A stretch of DNA of 64,000 nt, taken from an uncultured Chloroflexia bacterium. GTDB taxonomy: Bacteria; Chloroflexota; Limnocylindria; Limnocylindrales; CSP1-4. The stretch covers positions 1,174,209-1,238,208 of the forward strand of contig CAVYQR010000002.1 in the NCBI GenBank assembly GCA_963770795.1, written 5' to 3'. Made by a program: the position numbers and the translations under genes. Shown one piece after another: positions 36,407 through 46,957 of this stretch. Below the pieces are notes generated by a model that saw only the letters and a list, made by a program, of their open reading frames with translations, was not told where the DNA came from and made no database searches. Position 1 is the first letter of the stretch. Every line of letters starts with the position of its first letter.

Positions 36407-37795
36407 ATGTCCCCCGAACCCACGGCCACGACACCCGAGCCGGGCCCCGCACCCGAAGCTGAGATCTCTGCCGCCGCATCTCCGGCGGCCGTCGAGCCCG
36501 ACGTATCCGCTACCGCCGCAGCTGTGCCCGGCAGGGGGCGGGACGGCCGCGGCGGCGTCCTCGTCGTCGCCATCGCGCTGATCGCGGTGATGGCCGGGGC
36601 AACGCTGTTCCTGTCGGGCTGGACGCTGGGCCGGCAGACCGCGCTGACCCCGGGCACGCCAACCAGCGAGGCGGAGGACTTCCAGGCGTTCTGGGACGCC
36701 TACCGCGCCGTGACCGAGCGCTACGCGGGCGGCAAGGTGGACCGGCGCGTCCTGATCCAGGGCGCGATCGACGGGATGATCTCGGCCGTCGGCGACCCGT
36801 ACTCCATGTACCTCACCCCGGCCGAGTACAAGGAGTCGCTTCGCAGCATCTCGGGCGAGTTCGAGGGGATCGGGGCCACGATCGGCACCGTGGACGCCGC
36901 CGGCGACGCGTCCTCATGCACAACCCTCGCCGCCGACTGCCGGCTGGCGGTCGTGGCACCCATCCCGGACTCGCCGGCGGACAAGGCCGGGCTGCGGCCG
37001 GGTGACGTGATCACGAAGGTCGACGGCAAGCCGCTGGACGGGCTCACGATGGACGCGGCTCTCGGACTGATCCGCGGACCGAAAGGCACCGCCGTGGTGC
37101 TAACGGTCGAGCGCGGATCGGAGACGCTCGACATCGAGATCGTGCGCGACGTGATCGTCACGCCCGAGGTCCAGACGCGGGACCTGGCCGCCGGAACGGT
37201 CGGATACATCCGCCTGTCGGGATTCTCAGACCACTCGGCGGCGGCGCTGGACAAGGCAGCGGCCGAGGACGTGAAAGCCGGGCGGACGAAGCTGATCCTC
37301 GACCTGCGGGGCAACCCAGGCGGGATGGTCACGGCAGCTCGCGAGGTCGCCAGCCAGTTCCTCGCGGACGGGACGATCTTCTGGCAGGAGGACGCGGACG
37401 GGAACCAGACCGAGACCGTGGCCCAACCCGGCGGCGCTGCGACGGACCCCGCCATCCAGCTCGTGGTCCTCGTCGATGGGGGCTCGGCCTCGGCGTCCGA
37501 GATCGTGGCGGGCGCGCTTCAGGACCGCGGGCGCGCGAAGCTGATCGGCACCCAGACCTTCGGCAAGGGCACGGTCCAGCAGTGGACCCAGCTCGAGGGA
37601 GACAGCGGCGGCTTCCGGTTGACGATCGCAAAGTGGCTGACCCCGAACAGGACCTGGATCCACGGGAAGGGGCTCACGCCTGACGTGGTGGTTGATGCGG
37701 CCCCCGAGAAGCCAGGTGACGATCCCGTGCTGGACGCGGCGCTCGAGGAGCTGGGGGCGACGGTCACGGGGTTCGGGATCCGCCTCGCCGCCTGA
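36407..37795 (+). CDS. S41-family carboxyl-terminal processing protease (CtpA-like) with PDZ domain
   Basis: PDZ segment (GLRPGDVITKVDG), catalytic Ser/Lys region (GGSASASEIVAGAL...FGKGT). Confidence 0.85.
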   Translation: MSPEPTATTPEPGPAPEAEISAAASPAAVEPDVSATAAAVPGRGRDGRGGVLVVAIALIAVMAGATLFLSGWTLGRQTALTPGTPTSEAEDFQAFWDAYRAVTERYAGGKVDRRVLIQGAIDGMISAVGDPYSMYLTPAEYKESLRSISGEFEGIGATIGTVDAAGDASSCTTLAADCRLAVVAPIPDSPADKAGLRPGDVITKVDGKPLDGLTMDAALGLIRGPKGTAVVLTVERGSETLDIEIVRDVIVTPEVQTRDLAAGTVGYIRLSGFSDHSAAALDKAAAEDVKAGRTKLILDLRGNPGGMVTAAREVASQFLADGTIFWQEDADGNQTETVAQPGGAATDPAIQLVVLVDGGSASASEIVAGALQDRGRAKLIGTQTFGKGTVQQWTQLEGDSGGFRLTIAKWLTPNRTWIHGKGLTPDVVVDAAPEKPGDDPVLDAALEELGATVTGFGIRLAA

Positions 37796-38327
37796 GTCCC
37801 GCGCCCGGCTGCCGCGGCCGCGCGGCACCTCCCGGCACGCACCAAAGGGGCTGGTACAGGCTGGGCGCGGCGCCTACGCTCTAGTCACCTACCAGCCAGG
37901 CTGGTGCTCGTCGGGGTCGGCACGCGGGAGGGTGCTCGATCGGACCTGTGGGACCCCGCCTGCGCGCTCCGGTTACCTGCGCCGCACCGTTCGGACGCGG
38001 CACGACCCGACAGGATCGCGCCGACCACCAGCGGCGCTGGTACATGACCGGTACGGAGACAGCCCGCCGCGCATCCCTCGCCAGGACCGGGCTTGCACCA
38101 AACCGGATCATCGGTTAGGGTCCTCTCGAACGGAAGGAGGTGATGTGCAGTGATAGACGGTAGTAGTTGCTGCACCACCTCGTTGGAGATCGCCGCCTAG
38201 TTGCGATCCCGACGGGTGGTCGGTAGCAAATGAACGCCGGTCCGGCAACGGGCCGGCGTTCGTGCGTCCGGAGTCCGGCGTCGCTCGTGCGACACTGGCC
38301 GTTCCACCCCACGAGAGGAGCTCCGCC

Positions 38328-38786
38328 ATGGGCGACACGATCGCCCGAAACCGAAGAGCCCACCACGACTACAGCATCGAGGACACCTTCGAGGCCGGGA
38401 TCGTGCTGCGCGGCACCGAGATCAAGAGCATCCGCGACCACAAGGTGAGCCTCGCGGATGCCTACGCGCGCATCGAACGTGACGAAGCGTGGATCATCGG
38501 CCTCCACATCGCCCCGTGGGGGACGACGGACGTCCGCTTCAACCACGAGCCGAAGCGCGCCCGGAAGCTGCTGCTCCACCGGCGCGAGATCGACGAGCTC
38601 CTGGGCAAGACCAAGGCCAAGGGCCTCACGATCGTGCCCCTCTCGCTGTACATATCCCGAGGCAGGGCGAAGGTCGAGCTGGGCCTCGCGCGCGGCAAGC
38701 AGACGTGGGACCGCCGGCGCGAGATCGCCGAGCGAGATGCAAAGCGGGACATGGATCGCCAGGTCGCCGACGCGCGCAGGCGCTAG
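38328..38786 (+). CDS. smpB: SsrA-binding protein SmpB
   Basis: ARNRRAHHDYSIEDTFEAGIVLRGTEIKS...LSLY..GRAKVELGLARGK conserved SmpB blocks. Confidence 0.92.
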   Translation: MGDTIARNRRAHHDYSIEDTFEAGIVLRGTEIKSIRDHKVSLADAYARIERDEAWIIGLHIAPWGTTDVRFNHEPKRARKLLLHRREIDELLGKTKAKGLTIVPLSLYISRGRAKVELGLARGKQTWDRRREIAERDAKRDMDRQVADARRR

Positions 38787-38820
38787 GAGACGCCCGACCG
38801 GACCACCGGGGAGACGAACG

Positions 38821-39873
38821 ATGCGGCTCGCGAGGATGATCCAGGCGGTCGACCTGCATGCGGCAGGCGAGCCGGGGCGTGTCGTCGTCGGGGGCGTGCT
38901 GGACATCCCGGGCGCCACCATGTTCGACAAGGCGCAGCACCTGGAGCACCACGGCGACTCGCTCCGGCGCCTCCTGCTCCGCGAGCCGCGCGGCTACCCC
39001 GCCCTGTGCGCCAACGTGATCCTGCCGCCCACGCACCCGGACGCCGATGCGGGGTACGTGATCATGGAGCACGTCGAGTACCCGGGCATGTCGGGGACGA
39101 ACACGATCTGCGTGGCCACGGCGCTGCTGGAGACCGGCATGCTGCCGATGACGGAGCCCGTGACGGAGGTGGTGCTGGAGGCGCCGGCCGGGTTGATCCG
39201 CATCCGCGCGACCTGCGCCGGAGGCAAGGTCACGGGGATCACGTTCCGCAACGTCCCGGCCTTCGCGACGCACCTGGACACCCCGATCGAGGTGCCGCAG
39301 CTGGGCACCTTGACCGTGGACGTGGCGTATGGCGGGATGTTCTTCGTCATCGCGGACGCGGCGGCGCTCGGGTTCCGGTTGGTCCCCGACGAGGGGCGGG
39401 ACATCACCCGCGTCACCGAGATGATCAAGGCGGCGGCCGCGGAGCAGTTGCCGGTCGTCCACCCCGAGCAGCCCGGGTTCGCGGGGATCACCATCGGCCA
39501 GCTGTCCGGTCCAGCGCACGACCCGCGCAACTCGTGGCGCAACGCGACGACGGTCTCCACGCGGACGCTCGATTGGTCGGACCCGTCCACGTGGACCGGT
39601 GTCCTGGATCGTTCGCCCTGCGGAACAGGGACGTGCGCCAAGATGGCCACGCTGCACGCGAGGGGCCGCCTGCGCGTGGGTGACGAGTTCCGCCACGAGA
39701 GCATCCTGGACACCGTGTTCACCGGACGGCTGGAGGCAGAGACATCCGTGGGCGGGCGCACTGCCATCGTCCCATCCATCACCGGCACGGCGTGGATCAC
39801 GGGATTCGCGTCGTACGTCGTGGATCCCACGGACCCGTTCCCGGAGGGGTTCACCGTCGGTGACATCTGGTAG
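38821..39873 (+). CDS. proline racemase-family enzyme (4-hydroxyproline epimerase / 3-hydroxyproline dehydratase-like; Ser/Cys catalytic pair)
   Basis: N-terminal IQAVDLHAAGEPGRVV and DRSPCGTGT motif. The first catalytic position is Ser (MSGTNT), not Cys. Confidence 0.8.
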   Translation: MRLARMIQAVDLHAAGEPGRVVVGGVLDIPGATMFDKAQHLEHHGDSLRRLLLREPRGYPALCANVILPPTHPDADAGYVIMEHVEYPGMSGTNTICVATALLETGMLPMTEPVTEVVLEAPAGLIRIRATCAGGKVTGITFRNVPAFATHLDTPIEVPQLGTLTVDVAYGGMFFVIADAAALGFRLVPDEGRDITRVTEMIKAAAAEQLPVVHPEQPGFAGITIGQLSGPAHDPRNSWRNATTVSTRTLDWSDPSTWTGVLDRSPCGTGTCAKMATLHARGRLRVGDEFRHESILDTVFTGRLEAETSVGGRTAIVPSITGTAWITGFASYVVDPTDPFPEGFTVGDIW

Positions 39874-39928
39874 GGGTAGACGCCCCTGACGGTGCCGTGT
39901 CGACGACGCCGTCCCCGGTGTCGGGACG

Positions 39929-41647
39929 CTACCGGAGCAGGTAGCGACGGCTGAGCGGGACCTCGGTCACCGGGTCCACGGCCAGCGTGCGCCCGCCCAG
40001 GGACACCGCCCCCGTCCGCACGTCGATCTCCACCGGCGCCGTCGCCCGGTTGGCGTGCAGCGAGGAGCGCGTCAGCCCGCGCAGGCCGTGGACCGGGAGC
40101 AGCGTCCGCCGGGTTCCCAGCCGCCGCGCCAGCCCCACCCGATCGATCCCGGGTGCCGTGAACGTGACCGTGACCTTCGGCGCGGCCGTGGACGTCCCCG
40201 CCCAGTCCGGCCGGTACCGGGTCGGCTCCGTCCGCTCCAGCGACGCGTTCCCGTCGCCCAACGGCCCCCAGGCCGGGAAGCCGCCCTTGAGCACCCATTC
40301 GGGCTTTGCGCCGAAGAACCCGGGCTTCCATATCACGAGGTCAGCCAGCCGTCCCACCTGCAGCGACCCGACGTAGTCCGAGATGCCGTGCGTGATCGCG
40401 GGCTCGATCGTCACCTTCGCCAGGTAGCGCAGCACGCGCGCGGTGTCGTCCCGATCGTCGGGGTCCAGCAGGCCGCCGTCCTCTGGGAGGCCCTCCACCC
40501 CTTCGGCAGCCCCGGACCGGCGCCACGCCTTCATCACGTGCGCGAGCTGGAACGCCCGCCGCACCGTCTCGCCGATGCGCCCCATCCCCTGCGAGTCGCT
40601 GTTGATGATCCCGATCGCCCCCAGCTCGTGCAGCGGTCCTTCCGCCGCCATCCGGGCCTCCAGGATGCGTTCGATGACGAGCGCCACGTCCCCCGGCACG
40701 TTCCACGACAGGCCGTGGTTCAGGATCGTCATCGGCAGGTGCTCCACCGCCGTGTTCACGCCGAACGGCAGCGTGGGCGTGGTGGACGAGCACAGGATCG
40801 ACGGCTCCCGGACCAGCCCCAGCAGGTCCGGCACGTGCCCGCCTCCCGTCCCCTCCACGTGGTAGGCATGGACGGTGCGCCCGGCGATGGCCGCGATCGT
40901 GTCCTCGAGCTCCGCGGACTCGTGCAGGCCGTCCGTGTGGAGGCTCACCGAGACGTCACGCAGGTCCGCGTACCGCAGTACGTGGTCGATGAGGTCCGGG
41001 TCGGCGCCGTTGTCCTCGTGGATCTTGAAGCCCACCGCACCGGCCTCGAGCAGCGCGTCCAGTTGCCCGTCCTCGATCGCCCGGGCGCCCGCCTGCATCG
41101 CGACGTTGACCGGCCAGCCCTCGAGCCCCGCCAGCACCCGCTCCATCGCGTACGGCGGCTCCTCGAACCCGGCGGTGATGAACGTCGTCACGCCCGCGGC
41201 GAGGGCCGCCGGGAGCAGCTCCGGGCCGATGGTGTGGACGTGCGAGTCCACGGCGCCCGGCGTGACGATCATCCCGTAGGCCATGTACGGCTTGGTGTGC
41301 GGGCCGACGACGAGGTCGATGCCGTCGCTGATCTCGGGGCTGCCCGCGCGCCCGATGCCGGCGATCCTGCCGTCCTTGATGCCGATGTCGGCCTTGACGA
41401 CGCCGATGACGGGATCGACGACGAGCGCGCCGGCGATGACGAAGTCGAGCTCGGACGGCCCAGCGGGCCCTTCGGTCTGCGCCATGCGCATCCGGAGGTT
41501 CTTGGCATAGCCCCATATCGGCTCGTCACCGGGAGCGGTGCGATCCTCCTGCACGCGGATCCAGAGGTCCGTGTCGCCCAGGCGGATCCGGTCGCCCGTG
41601 GTGGGCCCGTAGCGCTCTCGATACTCCTCGCCGGAGAGGCGGGTCAT
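39929..41647 (-). CDS. ureC: urease alpha subunit
   Basis: 572 aa. Active-site His/Asp/carbamylated-Lys regions (HTDGLHE, KIHEDNG-like blocks). Confidence 0.95.
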   Translation of the reverse strand: MTRLSGEEYRERYGPTTGDRIRLGDTDLWIRVQEDRTAPGDEPIWGYAKNLRMRMAQTEGPAGPSELDFVIAGALVVDPVIGVVKADIGIKDGRIAGIGRAGSPEISDGIDLVVGPHTKPYMAYGMIVTPGAVDSHVHTIGPELLPAALAAGVTTFITAGFEEPPYAMERVLAGLEGWPVNVAMQAGARAIEDGQLDALLEAGAVGFKIHEDNGADPDLIDHVLRYADLRDVSVSLHTDGLHESAELEDTIAAIAGRTVHAYHVEGTGGGHVPDLLGLVREPSILCSSTTPTLPFGVNTAVEHLPMTILNHGLSWNVPGDVALVIERILEARMAAEGPLHELGAIGIINSDSQGMGRIGETVRRAFQLAHVMKAWRRSGAAEGVEGLPEDGGLLDPDDRDDTARVLRYLAKVTIEPAITHGISDYVGSLQVGRLADLVIWKPGFFGAKPEWVLKGGFPAWGPLGDGNASLERTEPTRYRPDWAGTSTAAPKVTVTFTAPGIDRVGLARRLGTRRTLLPVHGLRGLTRSSLHANRATAPVEIDVRTGAVSLGGRTLAVDPVTEVPLSRRYLLR

Positions 41648-42258
41648 CGCGGGGTGTCCGGGTTCCGGCCACGTGCGCCGGCGTAGCGCACGAGGAGAAC
41701 CGTCTTCGTCTCGCCCGGCTCCCAGCCCACGTAGCCCCCGGCCGGAATGTCCAGGCGGTAGCCGTCGGCGGCGGCGCGATCGAACACCAGGCGCTGGTTG
41801 ACGCGGTGGAACGGGTAGTGCGAGGAGATCCGGATGCGGCGGCGGGAGCGGCTGGTGACCGCCAGCGTGACGGTCTCGCGCCCCGTGTTCACCTCCACGT
41901 CCCGAGCGTCACCGATCACGAGGGCGCCCGGGCCGTACGGGTCGGGTGGCATTCCCCGGTCCAGAGGGTCTCTGAGCACGATCAGCCGCGACCCGTCGCC
42001 GAGCAGCACCTCGAGGCGGATCTCGTCCAGCAGCTCGCGGACTCCACCCAGCACGTCCGCCGGGTCCACGGCGGCGCGGCCCACCGCCTCGACCTCGGCG
42101 TAGGTGGCGCCCGCGCGGGCAGCATCGAGCATCGCGTCGCAGATGACCGCGACGGCCTCGGGGTGGCTCAGGCGCAGGCCGGCAGCACGGTGGCGCCGGG
42201 CGAGCTCCGCGGCGGCGAAGACGGCGAGCCGCTCTTCTTCCCAGGGGACAAGGCGCAT
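41644..42258 (-). CDS. ureAB: urease gamma-beta fused subunit
   Basis: N-terminal gamma (MRLVPWEEERLAVFAAAELARR) fused to beta domain. 204 aa. Overlaps ureC start. Confidence 0.9.
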   Translation of the reverse strand: MRLVPWEEERLAVFAAAELARRHRAAGLRLSHPEAVAVICDAMLDAARAGATYAEVEAVGRAAVDPADVLGGVRELLDEIRLEVLLGDGSRLIVLRDPLDRGMPPDPYGPGALVIGDARDVEVNTGRETVTLAVTSRSRRRIRISSHYPFHRVNQRLVFDRAAADGYRLDIPAGGYVGWEPGETKTVLLVRYAGARGRNPDTPR

Positions 42259-42391
42259 CTGTGGATGGTAGCGGTGCGCGGGGAACGTCGACCTGGCGAA
42301 CGTCCATCCGCGGTCCGGGCGCTGAAGAGCGCCGGCGACCCTGCTCCCCGGCCGGACTGCGAACCGTCAGTGGATCAGGGGGCGGGTGGTG

Positions 42392-44186
42392 TCAGCCCGC
42401 AGGCTTGACCACCGCCACCGACCATCCCAGCAGAGCCACGCCGGATCCAGCGAGCGCGAGCCCGTCGTCCGAGGCGAGCGCGATCTGCCACGGCCCGCTG
42501 CCCTCCAGCGGCACGGTTCGCGGCGCCGGGCCCAGGTTCGCAACAATCCGCAGCCGGGCCTGGGCCATGACCATCCAGCCGTGCTGCGTATCGACCGTCA
42601 CGGTCGGGCGGGTGCCGTCGCGGAGCTCGTCGTGCGCGGCCCGGAACGCGATCAGGCGGCGGTACCAGGCGAGCATCGCTGCGTGGGGCTCGATCGACCG
42701 CTCGGTCCAGTCGAGACGCGACCGCTCGAACGTCGCCACCGCCTGGGGGTCCGGGATCTCGATCCCGTCGCGCAGGAAGTCCGGGAACTCTCGACGACGG
42801 CCCTCGCGCACGGCGGCGCCGAGCGCCTCGTCTCGATGGTCCGTGAAGTACTGGAACGGGCTGGACGCCGCCCATTCCTCGCCCGCGAACAGAAGCGGCA
42901 CGAACGGCCCGAGCAGGACGAGCGCCGCGGCGGCGCGCTGCGCCTCCGGCGGCACGAGGTGCCCGATGCGATCCCCAAGCGCCCGGTTGCCGACCTGGTC
43001 ATGGTTCTGCAGGAACCCGACGAAACGGGTCGCCGGCAGGCCATCGGCGGGGCGGCCGTGCGTCCGCCCGCGGAACGCCGAGTAGCGCCCGTCGAAGACG
43101 AACACGTTGCGCAGGGCCATGGCCACGTCTTCGATCCCCGTGTACTGGGCGTGGTACCCGTCCGCTCTCGCCGGTCAGCGTCACGTGGAGCGCGTGGCGG
43201 TACTCGTCGTTCCACTGGGCGTCGAGCCCGTAGCCGCCGCGGTCGACCTCGCGGACGAGGCGGGGGTCGTTGAGGTCGCTCTCCGCGATCGCGACCAGCC
43301 GCCGCCCGAGCCTCGCCCCGAGCGCGTGGACAGCGTCGGCAACCGCCTCCAGGATCGTCGTCGCGGACTGGTCGAAGATCGCGTGGACGGCGTCGATCCG
43401 GAGGCCGTCGGCATGGTAGTCCTCGAGCCAGGTCAGGGCGTTGTCGATGACGAAGTTGCGGACCTCGTCGGAACCGGGCCCGTCGAAGTTGACGGCTTCA
43501 CCCCACGGCGTGTGGTACCGGTCGGTGAAGTACGGCCCGAAGCGCCCAAGGTAGTTGCCGTCCGGCCCGAGGTGGTTCCAGACGACGTCGATGAGCACTG
43601 CGAGGCCCCGGGCGTGGCATGCATCCACCAGCCGCTTGAGGCCGTCCGGGCCGCCATAGGCGTGGTGCGGAGCGAACAGGTCGACCCCGTCGTAGCCCCA
43701 CCCTCGTTCGCCCGGGAACTCGACCACGGGCATCAGCTCCACGTGCGTGATCCCGAGCCCGACCAGGTCGTCGAGACGTTCGATCGCTGCCGCGAAGGTC
43801 CCGGTCGGCGTGAAGGTCCCGACGTGGAGCTCGTAGAGCACCGCGTCCACCAGCGGAGGCGCCTCCCAGCCGCGGTCGGACCATGTGAAGGCGGCGTGGT
43901 CCACGGTCCGCGACAGGCCGTGGACGCCGCCGGGCTGCCAGGGCGACCGTGGGTCGGGGAACGGGCCGACTCCGTCGAGCACGTAGCCGTAGTCCGACCC
44001 TGGGCCGGCCTCGGGCACGTCGGCCGACCACCACCCGCGCGCCTCGCGGGTCATCGGGCGCCGGACCGGTGGCGTGCTCCGGGGGCCGACGCCGGCAGCA
44101 CCCGAGCCCGCGCCCGCGCTCCCGGCCGGCGCGATCGACAGCTCCACGCGCTCAGGCCGGGGTGCCCACACGCGGAACGCGGTCAC
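42392..44186 (-). pseudogene. treZ: malto-oligosyltrehalose trehalohydrolase TreZ, interrupted by a 1-nt frameshift (~43166..43175)
   Basis: N-terminal 2/3 (ORF 42999..44186) and C-terminal 1/3 (ORF 42392..43126) are homologous to contiguous TreZ but lie in different frames. The junction is around ...LHVTLTGE / [20 protein letters not shown]. Confidence 0.8.
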
Positions 44187-46951
44187 GACACCTCCTCGCG
44201 GACGAGCAGTGCCACAGGGAACCGCCCGAGCACGTCCGCGACCCGCAATGAGCGGGACTTCGGCGTGTCCCCAACCTCGTGGACCTTTCCGGTGAGCTCG
44301 TCCCGCCAGTGCCCGGGGGGCATGGCCACGGTCGTGTCGGACCAGTCACCGCCGAACGAGGCCATGAGGCGGGGGACGATCGTCGCCACGCGGCCGGTCC
44401 GGACGAACCCGAAGAGGTGCCCGGCCGCAGTCCCGCCGATGGCCAGCGGCTCGTACGTTGCCGCCGGCCCGAAGACCTCTGGCTCCCGGGCGCGGACCTC
44501 GAGCGCGGCCCGGAGGACCGCCATCTTCGGTGAGCCGGGCTCGGCGGGGTCACCGAGGCGGGCGGCCAGAGTTTCGGGTGAGGGTCCGTTGCTGCCCGTC
44601 AGCTCGGCAAGGATCCGCTGCCGGAGACCGACATCCACCGGGCGCCGGTTGTCGGGATCGACGAGGCTCATGTCCCACAGGTCCGCCCCCTGGTAGATGT
44701 CGGGCACGCCGGGAGAGGTCAGCTTGGCCAGCACCTGGGCGAGTGAGTTCACCCGGCCCGGGCGGAGGACGGTCCCCACGAACGCCTCGACCGAGGTCCG
44801 GAACGCCTCGTCGCCCAGGAGGCCCTCGGCGAATGAGAGGACGGCGGCTTCGTACGCGTTATCGGGGCTGGTCCACGACGTCCGCAGCTTGGCCTCGCGG
44901 AGAGCCTTGACCAGGTACGGGCCGAGCCGGTCCATGCCGATCGGCCAGGCGCCCACCAGCGTCTGGTACAGGAGATACTCGGCGTGGCCATCCGGCCCGG
45001 CGTCGCTGCGATGCGGGTCGCCCATCCGGCGCCACTCCTCGACCGCCCCCGCCCACAGATCAGGGACCTCGGACAGGACCGCGAGCCGCATCCGGACGTC
45101 CTCGCTTCGCTTCGTGTCGTGCGTGGTGGTCGAGAGCATCCCCTGGGGCCAACGCTCCTGCGCCAGGCCGTTCGCCTCGTGGAAGTCCCCGACGCTGGTC
45201 CCGAACGTCCCCGGGTCTCCGCCGACCTCGTTGAGAGCAAGCAGGCGCAGGTCGCGGTAGAAGGCCGTGTCCTCGAGGCCCTTTGCCATGACGGGCCCCG
45301 TGAGCTGCTGGAATCGGAGCGCGAGCTCCTCCTCCAGGTCGTCGCCCGGCCGACGGAGCAGGAGAAGGTCGCCGAGGATGTCGAACAGGTCGGGCGGCAG
45401 CTCCGGCCGGAGGAGCTTCGCGGCCTCGACCGCCTCGCCCACGACTGCCTCGTCCTCGGGAGCGACCTGCGTGAGGCGGCGGCCATCGTCCGAGACCTCC
45501 ACCCGCACGTAGGTCCGGTACACGGGGAAGGCGACGAGGAGGGCCCGAAGCGCGTCGTGGAGATCGTGCCGCGTGTGGTCACGGTGGCGGCGGAGCCGCT
45601 CGAGCACGTCGAGCAGGAGCGCCGTGAGCCGCCCGAGCTCCGAACCGAGGACCTCGTCCAGGACCGCCACCTTCGATTCACGGGCGATGTCCGCGAATGG
45701 GCGGTCCTCGCCGGTGACCCGCGCCTGCAGGTCGGTCAGGGGGCCCTCCCCGGCGGGATCCACGAAGACGCCATTCACGCGGCGGAGGAAGTCGTAGCCG
45801 CTCGTCCCGGCGACCGGCCAGCTCCGGCGCAGCTCCTCGCCCGGCTCCAGGATCTTCTCGACGACGATCCACGCCCGCGGGCTTGCCCAGCGGAGACGCC
45901 GAAGATAGCCCTCAGGATCGAGGAGGCCGTCGGGGTGATCGATCCGGAGGCCGTCGAGGACCCCGGCCGCGAGCCAGTCCAGGATCAGCGCCTGCGTCTC
46001 GGCGAACACCGCGGGATCCTCGATCCGGAGGCCGACCAGGGTTGTCACGTCGAAGAAGCGGCGGTAGCCAAGGTCGCGACGCGCCGCCCGCCACCACGCG
46101 AGCCGGTAGTTCTGGCGCTCGAGCATCCGGTCGAGGACTTCGACGTCGGCGTTCGTCGCGGCGACCGCTGCCTCGATCGCTTCGGTGACGCTGGGCTCGG
46201 CCGCGGCCAGGGCCTCGACCCGCTCCTCGAGAACCTCCTTGTCGCGGTGCCGGCGCTCGCGGAGCGCCGGCTCGATGACGGTCGAGGCCGGAAGCGCGCC
46301 GAACGCGTCGGCAAGAAACGCAAGCTCGGGCGAGCCCGCCCGCGCGGCGGCGAGGGCGAGCAGCTCGTCGAGGCTCCGGGGCGCAACGGGGAACCGCTGC
46401 TGGTGGTGCCGGATGGTGAACCGCCGTCCGTCCCAGGCCAGGCGCAGTTCGCCGGCCTCGAGGACCCGCCCATAGTGGTCGCCGAGCACGGGCAGCAGGA
46501 TGCGCTCACGGAGGTGGGGCTCCGGGTGGTCCCAGTCCACGTCGAACGTCATCGCCCAGCGGCTGGCCGGTCCGTTCTCCAGCACGTCCCACCACCACGG
46601 GTTCTCCGGCCCGATCGCCATGTGGTTGGGCACGATGTCCAGGACCTGGCCCAGGCCATGGCGTCCGAGCGTCGCGCAGAACCTGGCGTGAGCGTCCTCG
46701 CCTCCGAGCTCGGGGTTGATGTGGTGCGGGTCGACGACGTCGTAGCCGTGAAGGCTGCCCGGCATCGGGCGCAGGTATGGCGAGGCGTAGACGTGGCTGA
46801 TCCCCAGCGCCTCCAGATAGGGTGCCATCGCCGCTGCGTCGTCGAAGCTGAACGCCGGCGTGAGCTGGATCCGATAGGTGGCGCGCGGGTCGACCCGGCG
46901 CGGACCGGGCCCGACCGCGGCCGGCTCGATGGGAAGGATCGGATCGGACAT
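44183..46951 (-). CDS. treY: malto-oligosyltrehalose synthase
   Basis: 922 aa, GH13 family with the TreY N-terminus ([24 protein letters not shown]). Confidence 0.92.
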   Translation of the reverse strand: MSDPILPIEPAAVGPGPRRVDPRATYRIQLTPAFSFDDAAAMAPYLEALGISHVYASPYLRPMPGSLHGYDVVDPHHINPELGGEDAHARFCATLGRHGLGQVLDIVPNHMAIGPENPWWWDVLENGPASRWAMTFDVDWDHPEPHLRERILLPVLGDHYGRVLEAGELRLAWDGRRFTIRHHQQRFPVAPRSLDELLALAAARAGSPELAFLADAFGALPASTVIEPALRERRHRDKEVLEERVEALAAAEPSVTEAIEAAVAATNADVEVLDRMLERQNYRLAWWRAARRDLGYRRFFDVTTLVGLRIEDPAVFAETQALILDWLAAGVLDGLRIDHPDGLLDPEGYLRRLRWASPRAWIVVEKILEPGEELRRSWPVAGTSGYDFLRRVNGVFVDPAGEGPLTDLQARVTGEDRPFADIARESKVAVLDEVLGSELGRLTALLLDVLERLRRHRDHTRHDLHDALRALLVAFPVYRTYVRVEVSDDGRRLTQVAPEDEAVVGEAVEAAKLLRPELPPDLFDILGDLLLLRRPGDDLEEELALRFQQLTGPVMAKGLEDTAFYRDLRLLALNEVGGDPGTFGTSVGDFHEANGLAQERWPQGMLSTTTHDTKRSEDVRMRLAVLSEVPDLWAGAVEEWRRMGDPHRSDAGPDGHAEYLLYQTLVGAWPIGMDRLGPYLVKALREAKLRTSWTSPDNAYEAAVLSFAEGLLGDEAFRTSVEAFVGTVLRPGRVNSLAQVLAKLTSPGVPDIYQGADLWDMSLVDPDNRRPVDVGLRQRILAELTGSNGPSPETLAARLGDPAEPGSPKMAVLRAALEVRAREPEVFGPAATYEPLAIGGTAAGHLFGFVRTGRVATIVPRLMASFGGDWSDTTVAMPPGHWRDELTGKVHEVGDTPKSRSLRVADVLGRFPVALLVREEVS

Positions 46952-46957
46952 GGGTGC

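Noticed and set aside
38115-38930. 271-aa minus-strand ORF overlapping smpB and its leader
   Set aside because: Overlaps the well-supported smpB on the opposite strand. No domain signature. Probably a GC artefact.
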